DNA from: Sphagnum compactum
Lineage: Eukaryota
Direction of reading: 5' to 3'
Assembly: GCA_965153455.1 (NCBI GenBank)
Contig: OZ234494.1
Location: 1,984,001-2,048,000 of the forward strand
Length of the DNA: 64,000 nucleotides
This document shows, in pieces, positions 38,645 to 52,670 of this stretch; position 1 is the first letter of the stretch; each line of letters opens with the position of its first letter. The position numbers and the translations under genes were made by a program. Under the pieces are notes generated by a model that was not told the origin of the DNA, ran no database searches, and saw nothing but the letters and a program-made list of their open reading frames with translations.

Positions 38645-40762
38645 ATGAGTGCAGGATGTGATGTGATAATGTGGAGAAGGCCAGCCATGGCGGTGCTGGT
38701 GCTGGCCTGTGGCACACTCATCTATTACCACTGTGCAGTGCGCAACCGCAACATTGTGGCACTCATCTCTGACGTACTCTTCGTCATCTCTTGGTCCCTT
38801 GCGCTCCTGGGCCTCATCTTCCGCTTTCTCAACCTCACGTATGTATGCCTGGCTGGCTGTCTCTCTCTCTCACACATACATACCTTGAGTGTATCTATGT
38901 ACATGTGTGTGTATGTGTGGGTGTTTTTTGGGTGCTGTGGTTTTTTTGTCTTTGCAATGTATGAATGAGAGACGGATTGGGATGCTCTGTACTTCTGCAG
39001 TTTTGCAGCAATTGTTCTTCTTGAGCCTGTTGCATCTGGTGTAGGTGCGCTTTTTTTGAGCTGCAATCCTAGACAAAAGCAAACCATTGAACATTGGGTA
39101 ACAAAGTTAGCTTGGAGTGTTTTTAGAGGGCATGTTTTTCTAGTGTGGACTTCACCTTCCTCTTCAAATCTTGCAAAGTTCTTTGTGATTCAGACTTGGG
39201 TTTGTGTGCACACTTTGAACACCATTCAACAAGATGGTAACTGCAGATGAAGCATGATGAGCTGAAGCTTTAGCCAGACACAGAGTCCTGAGTTCTCTCT
39301 CTAGACAACTGTGTTGACACCTGTTGGGAGTTAAGAGAGAGTTTTGGGAGCTTCTTCTTCTTCACTAGCATTACTTCAGAGGGGACCAAAAGGGACTTGT
39401 ATCATCAGCAGTGTTAGATGACAACACATCTGAATATATTTCAGATGTGCTACATGACAATTGTCAATTCTGATTTGCACACTGAAAAAACTCACAAATT
39501 CAACACTGCCAGCAACACAGTGCAGAACATTGAACTAAGAGTTTTTTATGTCTCTATGAGCTCTGGGAGTTTGTGTGTAGCTCACTGAGCAAAAGGATTG
39601 TTTGTCCAGTGTAAAATGTTACGATTTTTTTCACTTTACAGCTTGGAGTTGAGCAAAAAGATTGTCCATTGGATTTGAAATAGAGAGCAGGATGCTTGCC
39701 TGACAGCTGATTTTCACAATCAATGATTGTCAGGGAAGGTATGAGCAAGTGTGGGATTGAGTTTATAGATTTATGTTTTCGCCTAAATGGTGTTTTCTAT
39801 ATTCTGGAGTTATGATTGAATGCAGGATTTTGCCAGTGGATCCATCAGGGTGGCAAGTGTCAGTGGAGTCAGCCAATTATGTTGCAGCAATGCTGGCCAA
39901 CACTCTGGGAGCTACTGAAGGCGTTCTCAGAGTTGCTGCTGTAGGCTCTGATTTCAAGCTCTTTTTGAAGGTAAATTGTGAAGGACTGCCAACTCACTGG
40001 GTGCCCAGGGGCACATGCTTAAGAAAAATGCTCGCAAACTGACATCCACTTAATACTGGCATACTATATAGATGAACTTTTTCTGAGAAGCAGATTGTCC
40101 TCTGCTGAGATCATCCCTCTTCAATGTCAAAGCAAAAGCCAAAAGGGATGATGTGAAGCAATTTCTTGCTTCCCATCTTCACTCCCAACAATATAGTGCA
40201 TATTAGCATATACATTACAGACAAAAGTAGGTGCTGATCAGAATAACCTCCTTACATAAGAACCTCTTTCCAAGAACACAAACAAATGCATTCCTCAACA
40301 TAAGAAAAAAAACAGTGAGGGGGATTGTGGGGAATTTGGGGAAACAATTGCAGGTGGTTTTAGCACTCTACTTGTTATCAGCAATTGGGAGATCAGCATC
40401 CGGGGCTACAGTTGTCTACGCAGGTACATTCTTTCTTCCCTACACTTTCACAGGGATTCTCTCTATCACAGAAAAATTGCATTGCGTTGTATGCAACACT
40501 TGAAGGAGCTAATTGCATTGCATGTGTGGGTTGTTGAAGGTTTCCTAGACTGCAATCTATCTGTGGGTGTTTTTTCCCAGTCATGTAGTTATAAGTGCTG
40601 CACTCATGGTGTGCTGGTTCTCATCATATTGCAGCACTGTGGTTCATCTTCATTGTTCCTTTCTCTGTAAAAATGATTGCACCAAAAATCAAAACTCCCG
40701 CATTTTTGGTGAATGCTGCAAAGAGTCAAGGCACAGAAGCAGTGGGGCTGGAGTTCAGCTAG
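38645..40762 (+). CDS. Reticulon-like protein (RTNLB22/23-like), ~178 aa, 4 exons
   Basis: Exons 38645-38838, 39826-39970, 40354-40423, 40635-40762 are in frame with GT-AG sites. CDVIMWRR...GTLIYYHCA, PVDP..WQVS.E.AN, LANTLGATEGVLRVAA.G.D.KLFLKVV..LYLLSAIGR fit a reticulon homology domain. Confidence 0.88.
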
Positions 40763-42261
40763 GAGATTTGCTGTATTTGTGCAGAGGGGATGATTGATTA
40801 CCCTGCTGACACCACCCACAATATAATTTATAATATATAAGCCAGCTGTCTCTTTGATCAGCTCATTTTTGATCACAAAGAGTTCATCCAGGCCTCCCGG
40901 TGCTCTTGGTTCTCTCTGGAAATGGGCTTTAGGCCCATTTTCCATTGGGCTTTAGGCCTTGTTCCAGCCTTTGGCTGCTTTGTGCTTTGTCTTTGTCTAA
41001 CCCCGGTGGGAACTTCCAATAGTAATTAATTGAACTGTGGAGATGCATGCAATACAAGTTTTGCCTTAAATTTCAATGCAGTTAGTTTGCTCTTAGAATG
41101 TTGCATTTTTGTGCAATTGCATCCTCGATCCATGTTCTTCTTGGGTTATTCTATTACTATGACTTTCATGGATGTGGAAAAAGCTCTGGATTTATGGAAT
41201 GTACTCTAATAATCAAATAAATCTTTATTTCATATGACACTTCACTTTGAAAATGTGAGAAAGAGGGTAGAATGATTATAGAGGAGATGGGGGTTTATCA
41301 ATTTTGTAATATTTCCCACCCTTGCTCACAAAGGTTTTTTTCAATTTTGTGATGTAGTTGAAGTGGTGATCATCCATAAGGCAATTTAGCCAAATTTGGT
41401 TACAAACCAGATTTTTAATTTGTTGTCCAAATTGTTATACCTTTATGATAAGCTCCAATAGGTAGCCAAGAATGTAAAAGGACTTTTTTTTCCTACTTGT
41501 AGGATGTAACCGAATTTGGCTAAATCAATATGGTAAGAATAATGGTTATGGAATTTTATCAATTTAATAATATCATCTCCCCTTTCCGCTTTTTTCGTTT
41601 CGTTCTTATGTTCCCATATGGTTTTCAATATTTCATCATTCACATGTGCCTTTTCATGTCCATGTTATATTATAAAATCGAAATTGGAATTGACACAAAT
41701 AATGATGACCATATGGGAATGTAATTAATGGTTCATCATATATGGGGGGCTATGAGGGGTCATTGATTCATATGAAAAGTCATGTGAAATTTTTTGACAC
41801 ATTAATGTGCATTGATTCACACATGATAGTTCATAAGCAAAGTCTTTGTCATTTTATTGTGATGTGTAAATTTTTAAAAATTTCTTGTTTAGTTTCATTT
41901 TTATTAGTATATATAAATTAGTGTTTGTGACCTTTGGAAACACCTTCATTTGATGGAAATAAATTGTTGTATGAGTGCAAAATTTCATGAAATAAAACTA
42001 TAAAGGGAATTGAGATTTTACTTTTGAAAAGTTTCGATATAGTTTATGTGTGTGTGAAATACATGGTAGGAGAATAATGTGGCATATTAGTTATACATAG
42101 ACAATAAAAAAGTGAAAAAATATTTGTGCAAACAAGAACATGGATTTCCAGAACTATGTAATAAACATACATAGTTCGATTTTAAAATTGCTTGTGATCT
42201 ACAAGAACATATGAGCGAAATGAAAAAGGAGAAGGGGGAAAAGATATTATTAAATTGAAAA

Positions 42262-42682
42262 TGTTGTGCGCTACCACATTAATGCCTACAACTATCGTTG
42301 TCATCATACATACAACAATACACAACAAATAAATCCTTGAACACTACACCATACCCAAACCAAAATGAATTCACTTGTAACAAATAAGAATTCAAGCCCA
42401 AAACATAATTAGAAATCAATAACATAAAACCTATAAAAAACTTGCATAAACATAAAAACCTACAAAACAAAACCATTATGTTGTGAAATCTCAAATCACC
42501 AAAAAAGGTTTTGAAATCACAAAAACTTGGGTTTTATACTCAATGCACAAATTAGTTTAAACATGTTCACATTGGAACTTGTTCATAGTTAAACTACATA
42601 TTAAATTAGATTGGCCTAACTAAGTTATATTAAACATAATTAATTTAGACTTAATTATAAAATTAATCATAACCACCTAACA
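42262..42682. repeat. LTR-like unit (TG...CA, 421 bp)
   Basis: 42361-42682 aligns with 52671-52989; 42262-42360 aligns with 42685-42780. Confidence 0.75.
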
Positions 42683-43028
42683 ATTGTCATGTGCTACCAC
42701 ATCTGCACTTACAACTATCAATGTCATTACACATACAACACATAACAAATAAAACCTTAAATGGTACACAATACCAAAACTAACCCCCCATTTTGGGCCT
42801 AAGTCCCTTTAAGTCAGATAACATTATAAGAAATGTCTTATGAAAATCATCATTAATGAATACTTTAATTCCAAAATAAAAGGACTAGTACGCATGATGC
42901 AAATGGGAACCCCATTGTTAGTCACTTAACTACAATCCTTCAAATCCTCAACCAAATGTGAATCACTATGAAATAAATACTTAAGCTAGTCTTATTATGT
43001 GACCTAAAAAACCTCTATCTACTTAGGT

Positions 43029-43163
43029 GCACTAAAAGCAAAACCATTTGCCAATCAATATTTTGTTCAAGGGTGGTGTAAAACATCCCATATGGCAACC
43101 CCTTGAACACCAATCACACACCAACATAATGGTAGCCCCAATAAATTGCCCACACAAAATACA
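43029..43163 (-). pseudogene. PHD finger downstream of the integrase
   Basis: CILC-x11-CDWC-x4-H-x2-C..PPL...GKWFCF*C; a C4HC3 pattern with the last Cys just after a stop codon. Confidence 0.88.
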
Positions 43164-44417
43164 ATGAAATCCAACAAGAACAATTGCCAAATATGGGTCA
43201 ACTTGGTCATCCAAATGGGGAAGATGACACAACACACAATTACACACATGATCCTTACATGTATAACCATCTCAACCCTCTAACAACAACACACTAGAAG
43301 GTAAAACCTTATATATTCAAAAAATAACACATCCTATAGTGACATCTAAAGTAGTTGATGACGTCTAATGTAGGTACACATAATGTTTTAGTTCAAATTT
43401 ACAAATTCAAGGCTAATATCCACCTTTTCGAATAGTGGCATATCGAAATCTATCTCGATGTTGAAAATTTGTTAAATTTTCCATAACCATGGGCAGTACA
43501 CATTGAAACAAAACTCCTCATTACTCACATGCCTGAAGCCACACATTTGGATTAATCAAATTAATGATGGCCATCACATCTTGTCAAATTAAGGCTAGAA
43601 ATTTGGGCTCACAAACAAATAGTAAAAAATATGGAAAGAAATATCCAAGGGAGGCTTGCCAACGAAACCTATACACCATAACTAACCATGGTAGTTTTAG
43701 ATCCCAATCTTGAATATGACCATTTTGAAGCCCATACTTTCACAAAATACGCTTGACCATCTACACCATATGTTTAACTAACCCGTCTATTTCAAAATGG
43801 TATTACGAATTAGTGCAATGATCAATAAATGAATCATATAAATGAGTTTCAATCGAAGCCCTAAATCTATTGAATACCATATTTTTAAATGCATATGATG
43901 CCCTTTCATTATTACAATATAGTAATGGCACTAGCTCCAACTACTTGGAAAAATGTTCAATCATAACCAAAACATATCGGTTATGTCAAGGTGTCAAATT
44001 CAATGGACTAGCAAAATCCAAACTCCATTGTTATCCAAGCCCCATAATTTGTAAACGTTGTAAGTGAAGTGTAGGTGCATTGAAAGGTGTTCAAACTTAA
44101 TCACACCATACACCGAATTTTTTTTTGTTGAACCTACAATTGCATCCCTCGCCACCAATATTGTGTTTGGAACAAACTGTAAGCCCATCGAACCCAATGA
44201 TGGCCCCACTCCTCATGAGCATGTTGGACAAAACCATCATGTTGTTTTGGGTAGGGTATTAAACCCATATTCATCCATATGTCCACACCCATAGCACATA
44301 TTCACCTTCTCATTTGAACCATTTGGCCCTATGAACAACTTGGTCCCATTCCTTGGGTGTCATCTAATCAAAATTTCACATGTTTGCAAATATGCAATAA
44401 TAGGTGAATCTTCATAT

Positions 44418-44966
44418 TATTAAGGGTGTTTTTTATTCCCTTTAATTTTACATCTTTTATTTTATTTTATAATTCTGGTTTATTAAAATTATTAATAGGT
44501 ATGGTTTTTTTCTCCAAATCTAAAATATCAAAACACAATAAACATTGAAGTCTTTTGTTTATTCATCAAGGACAAACTATTTTACCTCTTGCATTCCAAA
44601 GAACAGAAAGGAAAAGCTTCAAAAGAAAATCAAAATAAAAATAATTTTTCAAAAAATTCCAAGAGTTACAAAAAAATAAAAATCTCCTAATCTAGTTCTA
44701 AGTTCTTTTATTTATACCAACTCATAGTGTTGTTTCAACTTAAATAGTCACTAATCAGTATAAAACTCAAAATCAAAATAACAAAATTACTGGTCACACG
44801 TTTAAATCAATATGTTTTATTAACAACTAGTTATTAATTCATATAACAAAATGGTTAATTTAAGACTTGTTATTTAAAAATTAAATTAATCTCAAGGTCA
44901 TATTGCCTCACTAATTACCAATTGGTTTTAACCAGTCACTATATACATACTGAAAAATTGGGTAAA
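44418..44966. mobile_element. AT-rich ~550-bp insertion between RNase H and integrase (MITE-like)
   Basis: It splits the minus-strand reading ...GALDI|YEDSPIIAYLQ. Very AT-rich, boundaries approximate, TIRs not established. Confidence 0.5.
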
Positions 44967-46914
44967 CATATATCTAAGGCACCATTGCCTTATGGCTCAA
45001 TATCCTCCTCTTAGGAATTCCCACTATTCGATTTTGTTTTAGGTACATCCCCAAAACATCCTAATAAGGTGCACATGTATGTAGAAACATGCCACCCTAA
45101 TATTACTTCCAAATCCACATCACCATGCCAACAACCTTCAATAATATCCTCCTTACTAGAATTGAGGTTCTAATTCAACCCATTGGCATCCCGATTAATT
45201 CTACCAGCCCTATGCAATACATTAAAATCATATTCCTAGAGGATAATGCCCACCTAACGAACTTTCCTATGAGATGATTTGACTCCATAAAAAATTTGAG
45301 TAGTTGGTGATCGGTGACCAAAGTGAATGGGCTACCATAAAAATAAGATTTAAATGATGACACAACCCAAACAACTACAAGGCATTCCCCCTCATATGAG
45401 TTGTACTTGGCCTCCCTTTTTTATTAGACCAACTAATACATGCCACCACAAATTTTCGACCATCTTCATCAAGTTGGGTAAGCACAACCCCAACCTGAAA
45501 CTGTTCTAATCAATGTGTAATTGGAATGGTCATCATGGGATGGGTCACTTTAAAATGGGAGCTAATGAAAATCGAGCTTTCAATTTTTGAAAGGCCTAAT
45601 ATTATGTTTCACCCCAAATGAATTTTTAATCAAATTGTGTCAATTAAGTTAAAGGTTTATTTTTGCTACTGAAGTATTTCATAAACCTTTGGTAGTCATT
45701 ACACAAGCCTAAAAAAGTTCTTGACCAATTGACATCTATAAGTTAAGGAACTTGTGAAACGACCTCGACCTTGACCTTCTAAACCCCCAATCCATTGCAT
45801 AAATCATGTGACCCAAATATTCCACTTGGGTTTAAAAGAACCAACACTTGGTTGAATGAAATTTAAAGTTTTGTTCCGTAAGTCTTCTAAACATTTTCTA
45901 CAAATGATGCATGTGATCTCATGGGGTCAAATTAAAAACAATGATGTCATTGATATGGCACTTGGCAAAACCAAGACCCGTTAACACTCGATCCATGACC
46001 TTTTAAAATTTTGTAGGGGTATTTTTCAAACCAAATGACAAAAACTTTTATTGGTACAAAAAATCCTTCCCATGAGGATTGATTCCCCAAATGTCATCTT
46101 GACCTTGTCACCATCCTTTAATGGCAAGTGATGGTAGTTAGACCTCAAGTCCAAGGTATTGAAACCTTTGGCCTGACCGAGGCCATCAAAAAGCTCTTCA
46201 AGTAAGGGCATCACATATTTTTCCAAATGGGTCCGTTTATTCATTAAATGGTAATGCCCACACATGTGGCATTTGGTCCAATTACCAAAAATGTCCTTTT
46301 TGGATGGCATCACTATTGTTGAAGCATATGAACACCCTTAGATTGTTTCACCAAACTTACATGTAGTAACTTTGTTGTTCGAGCATGAACCAAGGCTCTC
46401 TCCACCTCACTAAGCTTGTAAGGTCACGTAAATATTAGATTATTATCCTCTAATGTGATTAGGTTTTCTTGTCCTTTTGATTGACCCAATTCCTTCAAAC
46501 TGAATGCAAAATATCCAATGAAATTTTATAATAATCATTATGCACCATGCACCTCACCTCTTATAATCGATGGGCTAATATTTGGCTCCCATCTATTTGT
46601 AGTCACTTGTACTTTAGGTTGGGATGATGAAACATCCTTGACACCCAAGGTTGAGGGCATGGCATGTGATTGTTACATGGAATGTGGGGAAGTGCCACCA
46701 CATCTTAGCACCCCCACATCACCAAATTCTTGTTCCACACCCATAAATCCTCTTCACTGTCCTTAATCCCACAATTGCCAAAGATGCACAACTTGTCATG
46801 TTGTAATATCAACCCTCCCCTTGCACAAACATAGCTAACCCAATGAAAAGTGCAACATATGGAAAAGTGGGTGGAATGGGTGGGTTTGTTTGATCAAAAA
46901 GTTTTTTTATTTTA

Positions 46915-47490
46915 CCAAGACCAAATTGAAAATCCATGTGAGGTAATTTAGATCCATAACTTGCCCCAAATTGTTTTATGAATTCCTTCAAGAATACTTT
47001 GCACAAATGTGGTGCAAATGTGAAACCCTATGGCTCGTTCACTTTCATTTGCATTGGGTTCCTCCATATTGGATGAATGGGAATCCCAAATCATCCCTAG
47101 GCCTCCCATCCCTAGGCCTCCCATCCCTAAAGGCATGAGAACATGGGAAATTCAAGAATGTCGGTAGGGTTGTTCATGGAAGGCCAACTGTATTGACCAC
47201 AACCAAAGGTGATCATGACAAACCTACATTTAGCTATGATTGGGCCCTTAACAAGGTGATGTTGCTTGGTAGGGAATGTTGACAACCTTGCATGGTTGAT
47301 GTTGGCAACAAGTTGGGATAAAATTGCTATAACATCATGACATGCCACATGGAGGTTTATATGGCTTATGGATCCTTCTCCACATAATGGCATTTTCGGA
47401 TTAAAATGCCAGACTGTATAATTGTGCATAATCCAAAACTAATGCCTCCAAATAACTCAAGTAGGCATATTCCATCTTGAGGAATATCCC
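46915..47490 (-). pseudogene. Cytosine-5 DNA methyltransferase-like domain, internally deleted and decayed
   Basis: Motif I-like LLELFGGIS.G (47438-47465) and motif II-like HYVEKDP; motif IX-like EEPNANESERAIGF (~47023-47065); motif X-like GQVMDLNYLTWI (~46930-46967). Motifs IV (PC) and VI (ENV) were not found. Confidence 0.75.
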
Positions 47491-50400
47491 ATTGAATAAC
47501 CTTGGTATCCAATGGGCTCAAACCTAGAGGCACAAATGAATGTGGGTTTGGTGATGGTAAAATGTGCCAAACTTGATGAATGTAATCATGAATAGCTGAT
47601 GTTTGGAGTTTGGTCAATGTGTCCCATGGTGGCTTGGGATCCAATGTGGAAATTGAAATGAATGCCATCCCTTGTTGCATTGACATCACCAATTCACCAC
47701 TTAAAGGTACATTTTGGTCATGGACGTTACTTTCCAATAATTCAAACCTATGTGGAAGGCCTAAAAATTTGACCAACATAATTGATTTGTTGGATTTTCA
47801 TGTTTGACCCCCAATGAATTTCATCGACAATAATGCATTGTGGCTAACTCTCGTTTGCCAACATGGGCAATAGTATGTGGTTTTTTCCCCAAAATCTTTA
47901 ATAATCCCCATGGATATAAAACCACACCTCCCAGCAATACGTCATAGGACATAACATGTGTGACCATTATTTGTGCTTGAACTATAATGTAGTTTGTTGA
48001 TTTGTTGGGATTAACTTAAATCACAATTTCTTGTTTGGTTAACCTTTGAGTCATGTCCAACCCTCCCACTGATGTTGATATTTGATATGGGCATGGGTTG
48101 AAATCGGCAACGATCAATCCAAGACCATCAATGGTTGAACATTGAAATCCAACAACACTTTTTAGGGTCGATACCAACCTACTGATGCCCCCTTCAATTT
48201 AAAAACTCCTTCCTCATAATGCACCACTGCCACACTAATTAGCCCAATCAATGGTTAGTTGCATTAAAAGGTTATGAAGTTCGGCCACAACCACATGCCA
48301 AGATTTAGGTTGAACCTTGGACACCTCCATGGGGTTGGATTCAGAAACCTACTGGGGAAATGTAAAAGGTACAATAATGTCTTTTGACCTAACCACCACA
48401 TCTGATGTTCCTTCATTCTCACATAATGTGGCTGCCAAATGAATCACAACTACTAGTTGAATACATGAAACAACTAATGTTTCATCAAAAAATAATGGTA
48501 ATTAACACACCATTTTGGCCACCCCCAATAAAATTGTTAATGTCTTGGATCTAAAAATCTGGCATCACACCAGAGGTTAATAACCCCATGGGATTGGGAA
48601 TGGTGTTTGTCAACACAAATGATTGTGGGAGTCGCACTTGGCGTTAAACTTCATCATGACAAGGATCAAATTTTTCATATGCATTTCGTGGTTCTAGCAA
48701 TCAAGCATTAACCCTTATCATTGGTGCAATTATTGAGATCATTTCATTATGATTTGAAACCATAACATGGTTTCCATCATCTATTACCCATTAATCATGA
48801 TCTCCTGACATATGTGGCATAATATCTTTTTGTGCCACTGATATTAATAAACTGGTAACACAAAAGAATTTTAAATTAATATTTGAACGATATGATTGGC
48901 CATCTTTTCGATCCTTGGCCTTCCATGACCCAAATTTATTAGATTTCACCTAAGTCACCATGCTTGTGACCAGGGCTTCTAACTATGCAAACCTGACCTC
49001 CATGGTGTTGGGTTGGCCTTAAGCTGGTTTGGTAATTGACCCTTTATTAGTTGCCCCTTTGCCTTTCTTCCCAAGAACCTTGGCTTTTACTAGCATTGGA
49101 AGTATGAGATTGGCCTTGTTGTAATCTTAGATGGAATGTAAATGACTGTTCTGCATCACGCCCATATGTATTACAATGGGAACATGGTTGGTTGAGATTA
49201 AGGTTGGAAGTATCGGCGTGAGGAGGATTGGATTGGGACAATTCTTCTTTTAATGTGGCCACACCTCCAACATTTTTTTCTCCCCCTTGTTCATCAAAAT
49301 ATGATATGGAACCACGTGATTCATATTTGGACGTCCCCTTGCCCTTTTGGGGCATGGCCTCATTGGGTTGGCCCTTTGGTTATTGAATTAATAATGTTGG
49401 AAAACTCCTTGGGTTTTTTTTATTGAACCCAAATGTAACCACACACTTTTCAACCATGTTCATCTCAATCCACTCTGACAAGTTGAATACATTAGCCAAT
49501 GTGGGTTGTGTAAGTTGAAGTAACAAAACATTTTGCACTTATTTCCTAGGAGCCTTCTCTAAGATCTCATACCAAAATTGGACTGATTGGGCCTTTGTAA
49601 CACCTTGTGTCACCATGATCAACCTATTCATTTATGCATAGGCCTCTCATAAGCTTTCATGGGGTTTATGTTGAAACTTTTACAAACATCACAATTTTTC
49701 AATCTTGGAACCTTTTGGTAATTTCGCAACAAATCTTGGAAAATTTCCACAAAAAATTAAAATGTAGGTAAAAGGTCTGGAATACAAGTGGATGCCCCTG
49801 CACCACCACTTTTGGTGACTCCATTACCACTAGCATTTATGTTTCACTAGCATTTTGGCTTCCATTGGCATTTTCACTTCCACTTGGTGAACTAATGCTG
49901 GGAGTTGTTGTTGCACCACTTGGGGCCAATAGAAACATAATTGGGCAACCAATATAGTCATTGTTTCTCAATTTGAATATTGTGGTAGTCATTCATGGGT
50001 GGCCCCTTTAAATCTTGGAATAGTCTCTTCCATGACATGGATGGTGTAAAAAGCTATGGGTTATGCAACATCTATACATATCACACCAAGTATCAATCTC
50101 TTGGATGAAATAATCTAACTTAATGGTGCCAACCATCCCCGAATATCAACGGGGGCCCTTGGTGGCTCCATATAGGTCATCCATGTCCCACAACAATGGT
50201 GTGGTGACCACACTTGATGATGAACCTATATATGAGGACTCTTTTTTAGATGATGATGAAGGCAACATGGGTGGTCTAAATCGCACCCCAAACTTAATAA
50301 AACCATTGGCAATAGTAACTATGTATTTTGTCCCTAAATCCTATGTCACTTTTGTGGTGAACCTTAACTCTAACTTGGGTATCCAATTTTGAAACCACTA

Positions 50401-52670
50401 TAACCAAAGGTTTTTGTACCTGTAATGGATTACGGTACACGTAAAAGAATGTTGAACATGTTGTGACTTAACCTACCCTTTAAACCATAATCCCCATAAA
50501 ATGGACCCATGGATGTTTCATATGAATGGTTAGGGCATTTACACGCACAAAAACATTTCATGAGGTCGATAAAACTTGGGCACACTATGAACACAACAAA
50601 TGTGGTTATCAACTTGATCTCACCAGCATAAACATAGCATGGGATGATTGGTGATCAAATCCAATACATCCATAACAATGCCAACCCCGTACAACCTAAT
50701 AATATTTAATTAAATCCTAATCACGACATGTGAGCAAAACATGAGTCAAACAAGACCTACACAATGGTCAAAACTAGGTGGTAGCCTTGTCCCATGCTTG
50801 GCCATTAACCACACCATTAAAACCCAAGGTTCATTATGAGAATAAAAACATGCATGGAAAGGCACATAACCTTTCACCTTGAATTTTTCATTATGTAATA
50901 TGAAAATGTTTATGACAAATCAACTTAGAAACATGTGTTTACTCATTAAATTGTCGACCAATGGCACACAACTCACGAAACCCCCTTACCTCCTAAAAAT
51001 GAATTGATGACCCAACCTACATAGTGATAGGAGGCATGTGCACCCCACAAACGCAAGTGAAGGTGCAAAAATCATGCAACACAAATATCCATTTTTGTGA
51101 TTTCCACATACAAATCACAACAAGAATTCAAAATGAGTTTAGGATTTGCTTGATGATGCAACACTCCATTACTTGTAAGATATAGGTTTGGGGCTTATCA
51201 ATGCAAGATGTTAACAACAAAATCCTTGACAAAATCGACCCCACACACACTGCTTTCTGCACATGTGAAAACCCTCTGAAAATGTCCTCCCCCAAAATGG
51301 CCTAAAACTTGCACACACTTAGCTTTCTTTTTTAGGATCACAATGGTGAAGATGACATTTAGTTCCACCTTTGTATGAGAAATATGAACTTTCGAGATTT
51401 AATGAAAAATAAACCCCCCCAAAAAATAGCCTCTGGATTAACCAACTTGTAGTTTCCAAAAAGCTTTCATGCTTGCATGCTTGTAAATATTGATGAAAGG
51501 AATCCAATGGTTTAAAAAACACTCCATTCCAACACCATATGTGGAAGTTATGGGCTTTCAAAGTTTGGAGATGGATGAAACATTTTTATCCAAATTATGA
51601 ATGAAAGTTGCCACTTGAATGATAGTAAAAAATGAAAAAATAGAGAAAAGGTAAATCTTTGGATGGATGTAATATTCAAATTATGGATGAAAAACCTTCT
51701 AAATGGATGAAAATTGAAAATGAAAACTTTGATGAATTAATTTTGGCATTCAACATGTGCCCTATGTTTAAAAAATGAGAAAAAAATTGAAAAATTATAT
51801 GGGAAGTCCGGATTGGACTTCCCATGCCTCCTTATCCCAAACCTCCTTTGGGCCTTATGAACCTCCCAAAGGGCCTAAGCCTAGGAGGCTAAGAAGATTA
51901 CTAAAAACCAGGCAATGGCAATGGAGCTCTGAGCTCCTCCCACCATCGACCTTTTTTTTTCCTTCTCTTATCCTCTTCCTTCTTTTCCTTTTCCTTCTTC
52001 CTTCCTCTTCTCCTTCTTTTCTTGTTATTCTCTTATTTTTATCCTTTTTTCCCTCCTATTGTAGTTACAACAAGGATGACGAACGTTGTGGGGAACTCCT
52101 CTCCTTGCCTTTTTTTACTTTCAAGTTGAAGCCACAACTATGCCACCAACAATGACTAGGGGGCAAAGGACGCCCCCCTTTTCCTTGATGAATTGGTGCC
52201 AAAGGCTAAACAACTAAAAGTTCAAGCTCCTTGGCGATGGGAGTGGTGGTTCCAATTGTTGTTGCCATTGTACCTACCAAGGAAACAAAAAGAGAGATCA
52301 AGAGAGAGAAGAATAAAGAAAAAAACATTAAGGGGCCCCTGTGACATAATTAAGGCCCTCTTTGCTTCTTGTGGTACTTTTTTCTTTTCCCAACTCCAAG
52401 GTACCCATGCCTTGTTTGGGTTCAACTCTTCATGGAATTTCAAACCAAAAATTGTCACAAAATTTCCAATTTCATTAGGTGAAGCAAATCAAGAAATGAA
52501 CAAACATAATTTTTCAATCAAGCAAAACTCTTGTAAAAACAATGTGCAACAACACAACTACACCACTTACCGTTAACCCACTCTCGTGCAAAACATAAAT
52601 ATAACCATGTGCATAAACAAAACAAAATTAGTTGCATCAGTAAAACAATTAATTGCCATTTTGGTGATTC

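Noticed and set aside
38160-38717. 185-aa minus-strand ORF as a gene (MKASVK superficially like the OEP40 N-terminus)
   Set aside because: The similarity does not continue, and the ORF runs through microsatellite and reticulon 5' sequence.
46915-47490. Functional host DNA methyltransferase gene
   Set aside because: It has multiple stops, lacks PC/ENV motifs and exon structure, and is embedded in a retrotransposon pol region.
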